IMG/VR virus record: IMGVR_UViG_3300025168_000072
Coordinates: 4,596-68,595 of that record
Origin: a virus
Length of the DNA stretch: 64,000 bases
Strand: one strand, 5' to 3'
Under the pieces are notes generated by a model. It was given only the letters and a program-made list of their open reading frames with translations, was not told the origin of the DNA and did no database searches. Positions 1 through 9,242 of the stretch are shown here, piece by piece (within the stretch, counting starts at the first letter, position 1; each line of letters begins with the position of its first letter). A program made the translations under genes and the position numbers.

Positions 1-1
1 G

Positions 2-214
2 AAAAACATAAGATTACTCAAGACGGTTAAGCGAGAGCGTTTGTTCAACGGCAAAAAATACAAAGCCGACGATGTGTATTCAAGTGTAGAAACTGCTAAT
101 TATTATGCGAGAGCATACCGCTACGAAGGTCGCAAGGCTCGCGTGATACCAACGAAATGTCAAGGTCAAGTGAAAACTACCCACTTTATCGTTTATGTGG
201 AGGTGTGGGGATGA
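2..214 (+). CDS. Partial hypothetical protein (5' end outside window)
   Basis: Open frame KNIRLLKTVK...FIVYVEVWG* read by hand; its TGA overlaps the ATG at 211 (ATGA coupling). Confidence 0.6.
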   Translation, partial: KNIRLLKTVKRERLFNGKKYKADDVYSSVETANYYARAYRYEGRKARVIPTKCQGQVKTTHFIVYVEVWG

Positions 215-1170
215 CTACTTGGATGATGAATAACGCTAAGTGGCGAGCCGAAAGAAACAACGGTATCACCGCTCTCTCTCTATTCGATGGCATGTCCGGT
301 GCGAGGGTCGCCCTAAAGAAAGCAGGTATTCCCGTAAAAGTATATTACTCTTCGGAGATTGACAAGTATGCTTTACAGATAGCCAATAAAAATTATCCTG
401 AAGATGAGCGTTACCGTTTAGGAGACATCACCAAAACACATTTCCAAGAATATGCGAACTCCGAATGGCCTATTGACCTTCTCATTGGAGGGTCGCCATG
501 TCAAGACCTATCATCATCGAATGTGTGGACTGAACAGCGTGGGCTTGAAGGTAAGAAGTCAAGTCTCTTTTGGGAGTATGTTCGGGTTCTTAAGGAAGTT
601 AAACCGAAATATTTTTTGTTAGAAAATGTTGGCTCTTGTCGTAAAGAGGATAGAGAAATCATATCGCGTGAACTCGGAGTCGAACCCATCCGTCTCAACA
701 GTAAGTTATTTTTACCCCAAAACAGAAACCGTTTGTATTGGACTAATATACCATTTAGTGTTCCGGTAAAAGCAAAGCACGACTTAACCATGCAAGACTT
801 GTTGGAGGTAGATGTTGAAGGCAAATACCACCTCTCGGAAAAAATGCGTGATTGTGTCATGCGACCGGCAAAGAAAGGTTGGGTGTCCGGCAAAATGGAA
901 ACAGACTTACCTATCGCTCGACCACTTACGGCGACGATGGCAAAGATGCACAGGGCCGATACCGATAACTATATTACTACCAACAATACACCTCAAAACA
1001 AGACGAGCCTCCGTAGACTGACCCCGATTGAGTGCGAAAGACTACAAGGTTTTGAAGACAATTATACTCAAGGTGTGAGCGACACGCAACGATACAGGAT
1101 GCTCGGAAACGGGTTCACCACTGATGCTATCGCACACATCCTGAAAGGAATTAGGAGGAAAATAATATGA
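211..1170 (+). CDS. DNA (cytosine-5) methyltransferase
   Basis: Motifs SLFDGMSG (I), GGSPCQ (IV), ENV (VI), QNRNRLY (VIII), RRLTPIECERLQGF (IX) and LGNG (X). Start placed at ATG 211 after GGAGGTG. Confidence 0.95.
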   Translation: MTTWMMNNAKWRAERNNGITALSLFDGMSGARVALKKAGIPVKVYYSSEIDKYALQIANKNYPEDERYRLGDITKTHFQEYANSEWPIDLLIGGSPCQDLSSSNVWTEQRGLEGKKSSLFWEYVRVLKEVKPKYFLLENVGSCRKEDREIISRELGVEPIRLNSKLFLPQNRNRLYWTNIPFSVPVKAKHDLTMQDLLEVDVEGKYHLSEKMRDCVMRPAKKGWVSGKMETDLPIARPLTATMAKMHRADTDNYITTNNTPQNKTSLRRLTPIECERLQGFEDNYTQGVSDTQRYRMLGNGFTTDAIAHILKGIRRKII

Positions 1171-1328
1171 TGAAAAAAGGAGAAAGTAAAAGATTACAAT
1201 GTAACTGCGAATATGACTGTTGGACTGTTCACCTCATGGGTGGCAAACCACACATCTTAAAATTGTCTTGTATTCAGTGTGGAACAGTTTTGAAATTCAA
1301 AACAGCAAGCAAAGATAGGGGTGTTTGA
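1167..1328 (+). CDS. Small Cys-rich (Zn-finger-like) protein, 53 aa
   Basis: Hand-translated MMKKGESKRLQCNCEYDC...SCIQCG...RGV*; ATGA overlap with the methyltransferase stop. Confidence 0.55.
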   Translation: MMKKGESKRLQCNCEYDCWTVHLMGGKPHILKLSCIQCGTVLKFKTASKDRGV

Positions 1329-1329
1329 A

Positions 1330-1641
1330 ATGCCACGAAGCACAGGCCCAAAACGCCGTAGAAACATTGCTCTCAAACGCCGCATGGTGTTAATCCTAAA
1401 ACAGAACGAGGGTCGTCTTGTTTCGGCAAGTGAAATGATTGGACTTCTCATTGACAGTGGGTTGAGCCAACGATACCTGAAGAACGCAGTCGGTATTGGT
1501 TTAATCCTAAAAGCAACTGCCGGAGTATCAAGAAGTCAAACACACTTCAAAGACTGCGGGGGGCAAACATATTCAAGTTACGGGTATACTCTTGAGGATG
1601 AGACGGCCTTTGAAAATTGGCTCGAATCCAAAGGTTGTTGA
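1330..1641 (+). CDS. Hypothetical basic protein, possible winged-helix DNA binder
   Basis: Arg/Lys-rich N-terminus followed by a helical segment; lies in the gene chain. Confidence 0.6.
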   Translation: MPRSTGPKRRRNIALKRRMVLILKQNEGRLVSASEMIGLLIDSGLSQRYLKNAVGIGLILKATAGVSRSQTHFKDCGGQTYSSYGYTLEDETAFENWLESKGC

Positions 1642-1644
1642 AGA

Positions 1645-2457
1645 ATGCGTATTGGTTCGTGGCTTTTTACGAGAACAGAAGATTTGTTTGTTGAAAACTA
1701 TTTCCCTTATAGTAAAAAGGGTAGAAACCGAATCTTCCAACCATACATCTATTTGTCCGGCCCGTCGGGTCGGATTAAATTACACGGTAAGCGCGCTCTA
1801 TGGTCGCTTCTTGACGCTATGTTCCCTAATGACCCTCTACCCCGAAAGATGCTCAATGAAGACCTTAAAGACCCCTTTATCGGCAAGGATTTGCTCAACG
1901 GTCTGTTGTCCGACCCCGACTCTTGGCCTCATCTCCGTTTGCATGTGCGAACCGGAGATTGGGTAGACGAAAGAGGTAAACCAAACGAAGGAACATTTGT
2001 CATGTCGGCAAGCGCATCATCATCCGACTTCGACGCAACTCCATCACTTCTCATGCTTGAGAAGGAATACCCTGAATCTTACATCATGCCCTTTACCCTT
2101 AATACTAAAACACGACTAATTACTATTCCCGCATTAGTAATACCATGCGTGAATGATTTACAAATGAGAGTAGTTTTGACTGATACCGTAAATGGAAAAC
2201 ACCTTATCTTTTCCGTAATAGAAAAAAATGGTTCCGCTTTCCGACCCCAACGCTTAGATTATTTACCGCTTTCCGACACCATTTCTATGCTGTCGAATAT
2301 CGGGGATAGAATGAAGAAGTTAGATTTTATTTCAACCATGAATTACATTTGGCCTAAAAATAACCCACTTGATGCCGGAATGCGCTATTATGAGCGTGAT
2401 GATTTAGAATATCGAAGGTTTGTTTCATCTCCTTCGTTTAATTCTTTCAATTCTTGA
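1645..2457 (+). CDS. Hypothetical protein, 270 aa
   Basis: Long ORF in the operon; no motif recognised. Confidence 0.75.
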   Translation: MRIGSWLFTRTEDLFVENYFPYSKKGRNRIFQPYIYLSGPSGRIKLHGKRALWSLLDAMFPNDPLPRKMLNEDLKDPFIGKDLLNGLLSDPDSWPHLRLHVRTGDWVDERGKPNEGTFVMSASASSSDFDATPSLLMLEKEYPESYIMPFTLNTKTRLITIPALVIPCVNDLQMRVVLTDTVNGKHLIFSVIEKNGSAFRPQRLDYLPLSDTISMLSNIGDRMKKLDFISTMNYIWPKNNPLDAGMRYYERDDLEYRRFVSSPSFNSFNS

Positions 2458-2460
2458 AAT

Positions 2461-2640
2461 GTTTCTAAAAAGAATAAATTGCTCGCAGTAGTGTATTTTT
2501 ATTTATTCTTTTATTGTTTCATAGAGGGTGAACGGCTCAACCCTGTATTCTATTACTATACTAATAACTACTTTTCTTAAACATCTATGAAACAATAAAA
2601 TAATTAACGGTATAGAGTCGCAGTCTACCGTTTTATTATT
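2461..2640. repeat. AT-rich palindromic element, copy 1 (candidate origin-like site)
   Basis: Perfect 17-bp inverted repeat TTTTATTGTTTCATAGA (2509-2525) / TCTATGAAACAATAAAA (2584-2600) with a 58-bp spacer. Homologous in inverted orientation to 50640-50815. Confidence 0.85.
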
Positions 2641-2702
2641 TCTGGGACATCGTAAATTAGAGAAAGAATGGTGTTATATAGTATGTTTTACTATCTCTTA
2701 GT

Positions 2703-3119
2703 ATGGCAAAAGGCAACCAACGAACCAAAGCGAGACTCACTGAAAGAATACGCGCTATACTTTTCGATGGGCCTATGCGTAGCGACGACATCCACTCAAT
2801 CTTACATCGTGAATACGGACATGAGAAATGGAGTGGTCTTGGTTCGGTCGCCACCATGTCTCAAACCATGAGGCAATCAGGAATGTTCCGTCGCAATCAT
2901 TGGGTAGACACACAAGGTAATGCACACAACGGTAAAATGAGCGTAAGCGAATTGAGAAAGGTCGGTGTGGTGGTGAATGTTCATTCTGTTTGGGAAAACA
3001 AATCAATGGATGAAATCATCGAACCTTTCCTCACTAAGACCCACACACGCCGTCTCATAGGGAGAATGCCCGCAAGTGTCCGAGAGGCATACAACTTAGC
3101 AAAGGGTGATGAACAATGA
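2703..3119 (+). CDS. Putative winged helix-turn-helix protein
   Basis: RIRAILFDGPMRSDDIHSIL resembles wHTH helices 1-2. Confidence 0.6.
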   Translation: MAKGNQRTKARLTERIRAILFDGPMRSDDIHSILHREYGHEKWSGLGSVATMSQTMRQSGMFRRNHWVDTQGNAHNGKMSVSELRKVGVVVNVHSVWENKSMDEIIEPFLTKTHTRRLIGRMPASVREAYNLAKGDEQ

Positions 3120-3865
3120 GTTACGGTATGGAATCATTCAATTCTCTCGACATCATTTGGAGAGAAAGGCAATCTACTTTTAACCCAAAAATATGTTATA
3201 TTTATGTTCAAGGTGAGTTCGGATTCTTACCATACATTTGTGCGACCGGTTTAGCAGGTAATCTAAAACCGCATGTTGAAATCCTATCGGCAAATATGTG
3301 TGTAGAACCTTTCAACCGCTTGCCGAACCCCGTTCCCCCTTCTTGGAATATAACTCAAATCGAAAGGGGTATTGCTCTTTTGAGTATCAATCACCATTTC
3401 CCTATGACAATGATGCCCGACACCAACCCCGATGTTTGGTCGAAGTGTTACGATACCATGCGTGATGTCCTGAAATTCCTTGAGGCTCAAGGTTGTAATC
3501 AAATTGTATTTGTTACATCTATGACAATGACCGAAGCCGATGAAGTCTCCGATTTGTATGTCTATGACATCAAAAACAATATCCAACCGGAGTCTCCGCT
3601 AATGCTTGCTCTACCTGCTTGGGCCATGCCTTACCTTTGGGATGGCATGGGTAAAGCCGCATCCGTTATCGCTATCGCCCAAGACGAAGGACAATTCATT
3701 GACATGGAGGCTTACGCATTATTACGGGAATACTTAATTGCAGTCGGACTTAGTTATGACGACACTCACGCTGAACGCACGATGAAAATGGTAAAAATGG
3801 TTCAGGGTTCTTTAGAATCAATCGGCTCATCCTTTGAAGACTTTGGCGGAGATGATTTGAGATGA
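3116..3865 (+). CDS. PAC2/PbaA-like (proteasome assembly chaperone fold) protein
   Basis: Segments YVQGEFGFLPYICATGL, YDTMRDVLKFLEAQGCNQIVFVTS and GKAASVIAIAQ...IDMEAYALLREYL..GLSYDD follow the PAC2 family pattern; 249 aa. Confidence 0.5.
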   Translation: MSYGMESFNSLDIIWRERQSTFNPKICYIYVQGEFGFLPYICATGLAGNLKPHVEILSANMCVEPFNRLPNPVPPSWNITQIERGIALLSINHHFPMTMMPDTNPDVWSKCYDTMRDVLKFLEAQGCNQIVFVTSMTMTEADEVSDLYVYDIKNNIQPESPLMLALPAWAMPYLWDGMGKAASVIAIAQDEGQFIDMEAYALLREYLIAVGLSYDDTHAERTMKMVKMVQGSLESIGSSFEDFGGDDLR

Positions 3866-5184
3866 ATAACATAATTGACCGAGTAGTAAAATTTGCTCAA
3901 AACAATTACTATGTCGATGTCGAAGACAAAATACCTATTTTCATTTGTTCAATCGGCGCACATATTTTTAACGCTATCAACAAGTGTTCACGGTGCGACT
4001 TCGACCCTGCCACTAATGCCCACTTTAACATACCCAACTGCCCGTTGCGACACAACTTTGCACCCATCTACACCCCGATGTCTCAACTCGCTGATACACG
4101 CCTTCACATCCTCATGCGGGGAGAGAAAGGTTCCGGTAAAAGTATTCTCATAAATCTATTCTTGGCCGAAGGGACAGGTCTTCTGTATTCCTCAAGTGCC
4201 ATGAACGACGGTATAGGGTTCCGCACCATGCTTGGCCCCAACTCCATTACAGAAGCCGGTATGTTCGGGTCTGTTGATGAAGAAGGCGACATCATGGGCC
4301 GACCGCTTGCGAGAGAGATGTGTGGCGGATTCTTGGGTTTTGAAGAATCGTCATCCTTGACCGATGCAAACAAAAAAGACCACAGCGTAGATATGAAAAA
4401 CCAATTGCTCACATCCCTCGACAACGGGAGAGTGAACAAAGCCATGCGTAGTGGTTGGGTTACTTACAATACTCGTTATACTATGTGGGGTGGCACTCAA
4501 CCTGCTCGCCTCGAAATGGAATCAGGTCTTGACCGAAGGCTGTTCATCATCGACATAGAAATGTCGCCGGAAAAAGAAGCCGCATACAAAATCGCACAAC
4601 ACAAGCAAAGCAACATGACAAGAGAACAACGGGCCGAACTCGCCGGAGAGTCTATCGCTATCCGCAATTGGATTAACACCCGTATGCTCGACGCTATGTT
4701 TGACCCGCCTTCTGGAGTTATCTTTGCCGAATCGTTGGGTGATTGGCTCAACCGACCGGACATCCGTTCTTACGAAGCCGACATCTTCCGCCGTCTCGCC
4801 ATCGGGTATTCGATGATGAACAAAGAATGGGTTGGTAACAAACCTCTTACAATCGAACTCGACAAAAAATTACTCGGTCTTCTTGAGTCGGCTCTCATCA
4901 TGCGTCGGTCTGTTATGGATGTTGAGGTTCGACTTATCAAAGACACTTATTGGATGCAAGACATTACCAAGTCTACCCTGCTAAAAGAAATTAGCCGAAT
5001 AATAACTAATGGTGATTATACCTCCGCAAAGCGGTGGATAGGCGAAAACCTTGAAGGGCAAATGTGGTATTCGGAATATGTGCCGAAGAGTAAGGGTCGG
5101 GGCCGTCGTGGTGTGATGTGTCGCATCGGGCCATTGACTGACCCTGAACAGGTCAAACAGAAGTGGGGTGCAAACAATGACTGA
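3862..5184 (+). CDS. MCM-like AAA+ helicase (short, lacking the typical N-terminal OB tier)
   Basis: Walker A HILMRGEKGSGKS; MCM-like SITEAGMFGSV and GGFLGFEE; pre-sensor-1 hairpin RVNKAMRSGWVTYN; TMWGGTQP; Arg finger LDRR. Confidence 0.75.
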   Translation: MNNIIDRVVKFAQNNYYVDVEDKIPIFICSIGAHIFNAINKCSRCDFDPATNAHFNIPNCPLRHNFAPIYTPMSQLADTRLHILMRGEKGSGKSILINLFLAEGTGLLYSSSAMNDGIGFRTMLGPNSITEAGMFGSVDEEGDIMGRPLAREMCGGFLGFEESSSLTDANKKDHSVDMKNQLLTSLDNGRVNKAMRSGWVTYNTRYTMWGGTQPARLEMESGLDRRLFIIDIEMSPEKEAAYKIAQHKQSNMTREQRAELAGESIAIRNWINTRMLDAMFDPPSGVIFAESLGDWLNRPDIRSYEADIFRRLAIGYSMMNKEWVGNKPLTIELDKKLLGLLESALIMRRSVMDVEVRLIKDTYWMQDITKSTLLKEISRIITNGDYTSAKRWIGENLEGQMWYSEYVPKSKGRGRRGVMCRIGPLTDPEQVKQKWGANND

Positions 5185-5818
5185 TAATCACACTTGGTTA
5201 CAGAACAAGTCTTGGAATGTCAAAGATGAATACTATACCCCTAAAATCTTAGTGGATGCTATCATGCCGCACCTCCCCCACCCCTTCACCACCTCCACCG
5301 TCCCCGCCACACGCAAAATCGTTTGGTGTCCTTTCGATACCGAGAATAGCGAGTTCGTTATTGGGTTGAGGGAGAAAGGTTACGATGTTATCCACAGCCA
5401 CATTTGGGAGGGGAAAGACTTCTTTCATTATGAGCCGGAACAACACTACGACATGATTATATCGAACCCTCCTTTTACCCTAAAACTAAAAGTGTTTGAA
5501 CGATTGTTCAATTTGGGAAAGCCGTTCCTCATGTTGATGGGGTTGCCGATTCTAAATTATCAGGTTGTCGGAGAATACTTTCACAAGAAACAGAATGAAG
5601 GTAAGAAGTTACAATTGTTAATCGTAGACAAGAAGGTTTCTTTTAACGGTGATACTTCTTCTTTCAACAACTCTTACTTTGGTTGGAACATACTTCAAGA
5701 AGACATTATCTTCGCTCACTTGGAACATAACAATAGTGGTGAAAATTATGTCGGTAGTAGAATGGGCGACAGTGAATCGTTGCCGGAGATAGAAAAGAAA
5801 AAGGTGGAGTGGTTTTAA
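5177..5818 (+). CDS. Small phage-type N6-adenine DNA methyltransferase
   Basis: DEYYTP, VWCPFD, GKDFF and ISNPPF motifs; ends KKKVEWF. Confidence 0.85.
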   Translation: MTDNHTWLQNKSWNVKDEYYTPKILVDAIMPHLPHPFTTSTVPATRKIVWCPFDTENSEFVIGLREKGYDVIHSHIWEGKDFFHYEPEQHYDMIISNPPFTLKLKVFERLFNLGKPFLMLMGLPILNYQVVGEYFHKKQNEGKKLQLLIVDKKVSFNGDTSSFNNSYFGWNILQEDIIFAHLEHNNSGENYVGSRMGDSESLPEIEKKKVEWF

Positions 5819-6438
5819 TGAGAACAAAGAATGAGATTGAACAACGGCTCGCATCCGAGCATAACGCATTGACGATTGAAACCCTTCGTTGGGTTCTCAA
5901 CAATCCCGACTGCCCCATGTGTGGAATCGGAACAAGAAAGGAATTAGAAGTCGGTGTTCATTCAGGTGATGTAACCACATTATATTTAGAGGAAAAGTAT
6001 TCTTGGCCGGTTGGCACAGTGATGACTCACATGGATGAGCATGTAGACTACGACCCCGAAGAAGCGAGACACATGGAAAGAATGCGAGGGGAGAGCATAG
6101 ACACGCTCGACAGCGCACAGGATATTGTCTCCCGTCTTTTGGGGTGGCTCGATGAATTGGAGGCTATCAAAGACTCAACCGGAGGTATAACTTCGGAGTG
6201 GGTTGCCGACGCTTCTAAATTGGTTGCTCAAGCAAACACCTCTCTTCGACTTGTCGGACAACTCAAAAAGGAAATTGGCGTGGACTCGCAATTACTTTTA
6301 GCGCAAAAACAAATGGATGGGGTTATGGGTATTCTGGTGAACAGTCTACGCGATTCACCGCATCTTTTGGATGACATAGAATTTAGAATCGCTTCTCTCA
6401 AACCCCCGACAAATGTTATTGAATATACGGATGTGTGA
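5818..6438 (+). CDS. Zn-finger/HTH plus coiled-coil protein (possible terminase-small-like)
   Basis: CPMC...HMDEH metal-binding/HTH-like N-terminus followed by long helices; function uncertain. Confidence 0.5.
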   Translation: MRTKNEIEQRLASEHNALTIETLRWVLNNPDCPMCGIGTRKELEVGVHSGDVTTLYLEEKYSWPVGTVMTHMDEHVDYDPEEARHMERMRGESIDTLDSAQDIVSRLLGWLDELEAIKDSTGGITSEWVADASKLVAQANTSLRLVGQLKKEIGVDSQLLLAQKQMDGVMGILVNSLRDSPHLLDDIEFRIASLKPPTNVIEYTDV

Positions 6439-6440
6439 TT

Positions 6441-6704
6441 ATGGCAAAAACATGGAGAAATAAACCACGCAACTCGCTCTACGCTCGGCGCATTCAACGG
6501 GTAGAGTTTCCTCGATTGATTGAAGCCATGAAAGATGACATGCTCGACTGCCAAATCCAAGACACCGGCTTGGTGTGGTCTATCAAAGGTTATCGTATCG
6601 CATCCTCCGAAGTGGCTCGCAATTGGGGTATCACTTATGCACAAATGAAAAGGTTTCAGGATTACATCTATGAGAAAGACCCTTGGTATGCGGAGTATCG
6701 GTGA
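6441..6704 (+). CDS. Hypothetical protein, possible HTH
   Basis: SSEVARNWGITYAQM resembles an HTH motif. Confidence 0.55.
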   Translation: MAKTWRNKPRNSLYARRIQRVEFPRLIEAMKDDMLDCQIQDTGLVWSIKGYRIASSEVARNWGITYAQMKRFQDYIYEKDPWYAEYR

Positions 6705-6709
6705 GTATT

Positions 6710-7375
6710 ATGGGAATAGTAATACTTACTGCCGATGATTCGGCTTACCGTTTGGGTAGAGTGATTGAATCGCGAGGTTTGAAACATCCTCCGACCGCAC
6801 CCGATACTACATACCTTGTTCACCAAAGTAAAATAACCGAAAAAGAAATCACTCATTGGATTGGGCTTGTCCCGTATCGTTTGGTATTTGTCATCAAGAA
6901 ATTACCGAGACTTAGTAAGCAAACTAAGGAGGCTATCATCATTGACAAGAGCCTCGCTGAATCTAAAAACCCATACAAGAAGGGTATTGATGCCCTGTTT
7001 AGGTGGGGCGACCGTCGAAGAGTTCACAATTTGTTCGTGGGAACGCCTGTCCCTTTAGCATTGGCGTTTGTAAGACAAAACAACAAAGACATCAGGTTGT
7101 GGCGTATGCTTGCCGATGTCTCATTCACGCTACCGACTGAATATGCCGAAGCGGTTTTGGTCTACGGAATCAAACCGTCGAACAAATCAGTGGCTTGGCC
7201 GAAGAAGTCAAAGAAGGATGATGAAGCACCTCCACAATTTAGGCAGTCCGATAAGTATTGGCGTAAAATTATTGACATCGAACCAAAGGTGAGAAATCAA
7301 ATCCGAACACAGACACCGGACAAAGCACCAACCACCATGAAAAAACGGAGGGAGAAAACCCATGAATGGTTTTGA
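6710..7375 (+). CDS. Putative degenerate clamp-loader large subunit (RFC-L/gp62-like, no Walker A)
   Basis: C-half pattern IDALF...AFVRQN...LADV...YAEAVLVYGI...WP resembles the archaeal RFC-L collar; ends EKTHEWF like PolB. Confidence 0.45.
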   Translation: MGIVILTADDSAYRLGRVIESRGLKHPPTAPDTTYLVHQSKITEKEITHWIGLVPYRLVFVIKKLPRLSKQTKEAIIIDKSLAESKNPYKKGIDALFRWGDRRRVHNLFVGTPVPLALAFVRQNNKDIRLWRMLADVSFTLPTEYAEAVLVYGIKPSNKSVAWPKKSKKDDEAPPQFRQSDKYWRKIIDIEPKVRNQIRTQTPDKAPTTMKKRREKTHEWF

Positions 7376-7640
7376 ATTTTCTTTTGGTGTTTTTACCTTA
7401 ATTCTAATTGGTTATGTTGGTAACAAAATCGAAGAGGCCAAAAAGAAAAGGATGCTTTTTCGGGCGGCTTACCCCACAATCCCTTATCACTTACAAGGCC
7501 AACCGGCGCGAGGCGGTGCGACACACAATTTTACTGTAAATCAAGACGAAGCCCAAGAAGAAAAGGCTTACGAGTTTCAGGAACATTTCTTTGATTGGGT
7601 AGACAACTCCGACTTCTTGACTTTCAACGATGACTTTTAA
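7362..7640 (+). CDS. Small membrane-anchored protein
   Basis: N-terminal hydrophobic helix FSFGVFTLILIGYVG and an acidic tail. Confidence 0.6.
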   Translation: MNGFEFSFGVFTLILIGYVGNKIEEAKKKRMLFRAAYPTIPYHLQGQPARGGATHNFTVNQDEAQEEKAYEFQEHFFDWVDNSDFLTFNDDF

Positions 7641-7684
7641 CTTTAACGGCAACTTTATTAAGCGACCAAAGAAACAATTATACA

Positions 7685-8092
7685 ATGAGTGCTACGAACC
7701 GCCGAGTCCGACGCGCCATACTTGAGATACTCTGGGATGAAGGCCCGCTAACAAAAGAAGAGGTGGCCGTTGAATTAGCAAAGCGAAAGGGCGTTGGTCG
7801 TGTGCCAAGCCCACACAGTCTTTCCGCTTTGTTGTGTAAATCTAATTCAGTAATTAGTGTCGGAAAGAAGACGGTGCAAAATATAATTGGGGTAAAAGCA
7901 AAACACTTACTGTATGATATTGACCGTGAAATAGTTCTCAAAGTCTCGGAGATAGAATACATCCGAGAGCCGTCTACTATGACCCCTAAAGAAAGGGAGA
8001 AAGCCGCAAAGTGCAAGTCCTGTTCCCGAACAAGAATCTTTCCTGAAAATGAGAATGAGTGTATTTCTTGTTTACGCACCCCGAACCCATAG
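7685..8092 (+). CDS. wHTH plus C-terminal Zn-ribbon protein (putative transcription regulator)
   Basis: RRAILEILWDEGPLTKEEVA (wHTH-like) and CKSC...CISC. Confidence 0.7.
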   Translation: MSATNRRVRRAILEILWDEGPLTKEEVAVELAKRKGVGRVPSPHSLSALLCKSNSVISVGKKTVQNIIGVKAKHLLYDIDREIVLKVSEIEYIREPSTMTPKEREKAAKCKSCSRTRIFPENENECISCLRTPNP

Positions 8093-8133
8093 TCGTATTA
8101 GTCGTCTATTAGTCGTATAGGCAGGTTTATATA
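8090..8133 (+). promoter_or_regulatory. TTAGTCG-box promoter
   Basis: TTAGTCG at 8098 and 8109 (plus TAGTCG at 8090), 10-bp spacer, TTTATATA at 8126-8133. Confidence 0.8.
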
Positions 8134-8168
8134 GTATGAGATGTATGTATATATGTAAGGGGAACCGA

Positions 8169-8393
8169 ATGAGAGCCGAAAGCATACCGCATGTAGAATA
8201 CGAGATATTGAACGAAGTCATTAGCAACATTGACATTGCCGATGTTCAAGACGCTATGGTAACTGATGCAGTTACCGCTAAGCGATTCAAGACCGGTGCT
8301 AAGAATGTTGCCAAGTTAATTCGCAACTTGATGTCTCGACGCACTCATCGTCTACCTGACAAACACAAGGATTACAAACAAAAGGAGGAATGA
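8169..8393 (+). CDS. Hypothetical protein
   Basis: First ORF after the TTAGTCG promoter; start placed at MRAESIP. Confidence 0.65.
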   Translation: MRAESIPHVEYEILNEVISNIDIADVQDAMVTDAVTAKRFKTGAKNVAKLIRNLMSRRTHRLPDKHKDYKQKEE

Positions 8394-8396
8394 AAA

Positions 8397-8801
8397 ATGG
8401 TAAATATAAAATGCTTAAAGGACTACGCCGATTACATGGGGGTAGATATTGACGACGAAGAAGCGGTAAACGCATTACAATCTAACTACGATGATTGGCG
8501 GTATGAGGCTCTAAGGGTCGCTTACTACCCAAACGAAACAACGGTTTGGGTTGAGAATACAGAACGCGAGGGTCTTGTGGATGACGGCAACGGGTATTTT
8601 TCATGCCCCGCTATGCTCAAGAAGACTGTTTCAGGTATTTGGAAATGGCAAGACACTATCGAAACCGGTGGGTATTGGGAACTCTACGACATAGAGCGAG
8701 ACTTTCACCGTTTCTTTTCTCGGTGTTCTTGTAACGACGCACAGATGGTTTGGTATAGGACTGACGGACAATGCGGATTTTGTTTCAATGGAGGGGTTTG
8801 A
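8397..8801 (+). CDS. Hypothetical protein with Cys-rich C-terminus
   Basis: GGAGG RBS; CSC...CGFC. Confidence 0.7.
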   Translation: MVNIKCLKDYADYMGVDIDDEEAVNALQSNYDDWRYEALRVAYYPNETTVWVENTEREGLVDDGNGYFSCPAMLKKTVSGIWKWQDTIETGGYWELYDIERDFHRFFSRCSCNDAQMVWYRTDGQCGFCFNGGV

Positions 8802-9239
8802 ATGTTCAAGAGAAGCCCATACAAAGTCGGACAAACGGTTCGCGTTAATGACATCAAGCCGAAAATGAACGGTCGTGCCAAAATGATACCTTCAGGAACC
8901 GGAGGTTTTGTCGTAAAAGAAGTTCACCCGCAACTTAATCAAAACAACGGTGGTTATCTCATCGTTGCCGAGAGCAACCGCAATATCGAAGGTGGTAAGG
9001 TTCACCTCTCATGGCATGTCATGTGGCCGCACTTCAACGGTCGCAAATCACCGACCGAATATCATTCGGCTTTCCGAATCATCGTTGAGGGTCGCACACC
9101 GACCCCCAAAGCCAACGCTTATATACCTCGCCAAACAACAGCAAATAGTGAAGACAAAACCAACACTATTATCGCTAAGTCTGTTCCCGCAGGTTCAAGA
9201 CCGAAGCGACTTGTTTTGGCAGACTTTTTGGAGGAATGA
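8802..9239 (+). CDS. Hypothetical protein with SH3-like N-terminus
   Basis: YKVGQTVRV resembles a KOW/SH3-like start. Confidence 0.65.
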   Translation: MFKRSPYKVGQTVRVNDIKPKMNGRAKMIPSGTGGFVVKEVHPQLNQNNGGYLIVAESNRNIEGGKVHLSWHVMWPHFNGRKSPTEYHSAFRIIVEGRTPTPKANAYIPRQTTANSEDKTNTIIAKSVPAGSRPKRLVLADFLEE

Positions 9240-9242
9240 AAA

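Noticed and set aside
157-210. Longer upstream starts given by the ORF track (157; also 20952, 23987, 45796, 48118, 59188)
   Set aside because: They overlap upstream genes; downstream starts have RBS or stop-start coupling.
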